Origin: Balanoglossus misakiensis
Lineage: Eukaryota; Animalia; Hemichordata
DNA length: 64,000 nucleotides
Assembly: GCA_040954595.2 (NCBI GenBank)
Contig: CM082589.2
Coordinates: forward strand, 9,436,894 to 9,500,893
Reading direction: 5' to 3'
In this document: positions 63,803-64,000 of the stretch, piece after piece
Layout of the letters: each line of letters opens with the position of its first letter
Position numbering within the stretch: position 1 is the stretch's first letter
The notes under the pieces: generated by a model
Database searches by the model: none
What the model saw: only the letters and a program-made list of their open reading frames with translations
Told to the model about the DNA's origin: nothing
Program-made: the position numbers and the translations under genes

Positions 63803-64000
63803 TCATTAATGCCTGATCATTAAATTGGAGAACGTATCTCTAAAGTTGTTCTCTATCGCTCCCCCTGGGAGGAGAGCAATAGACAGAACTATGAGTGACA
63901 GAACTTCCAGTTGTGTACTTATCATTTGTATTACCCAATCACAGACTTTGTGTTATTGGTCATTTATCTGTCCAATTTTGATACTCTTGTGTTCATTGGA

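Overview
This is a repeat-saturated, AT-rich animal genomic window with spliceosomal GT-AG introns, most likely from a marine invertebrate; the species cannot be fixed from the sequence alone. It contains no intact host gene. From left to right: (1) 1-11.1 kb, a ~0.9-kb macro-repeat whose internal 116-bp segment has been amplified 14/10/8/2/1/1 times, interrupted by a self-nested Helentron/DINE-1-like element. (2) 13.4-31.5 kb, a ~190-196-bp satellite with several successive higher-order periods. (3) 31.5-35.4 kb, duplicated segments with a tRNA-derived SINE, a long-hairpin element and a Kolobok MITE. (4) 35.7-46.6 kb, a TTAA-flanked Kolobok DNA transposon with a crippled intron-rich transposase and a convergent KolX/P2X7-ballast-like gene whose three identified exons are still open; an RTE-X-like LINE fragment with a ~190-bp target duplication sits in the transposase. 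(5) 48-52.4 kb, a CTCF-motif foldback element, transposon gene fragments (PHD finger) and an ALOG-domain tyrosine recombinase of DIRS-like retroelement type. (6) 52.4-57.5 kb, a 130-bp satellite and a second TTAA element. (7) 58.8-63.3 kb, a disrupted partial MED25 copy. All calls come from reading the sequence and from motif recognition; no database search was run.
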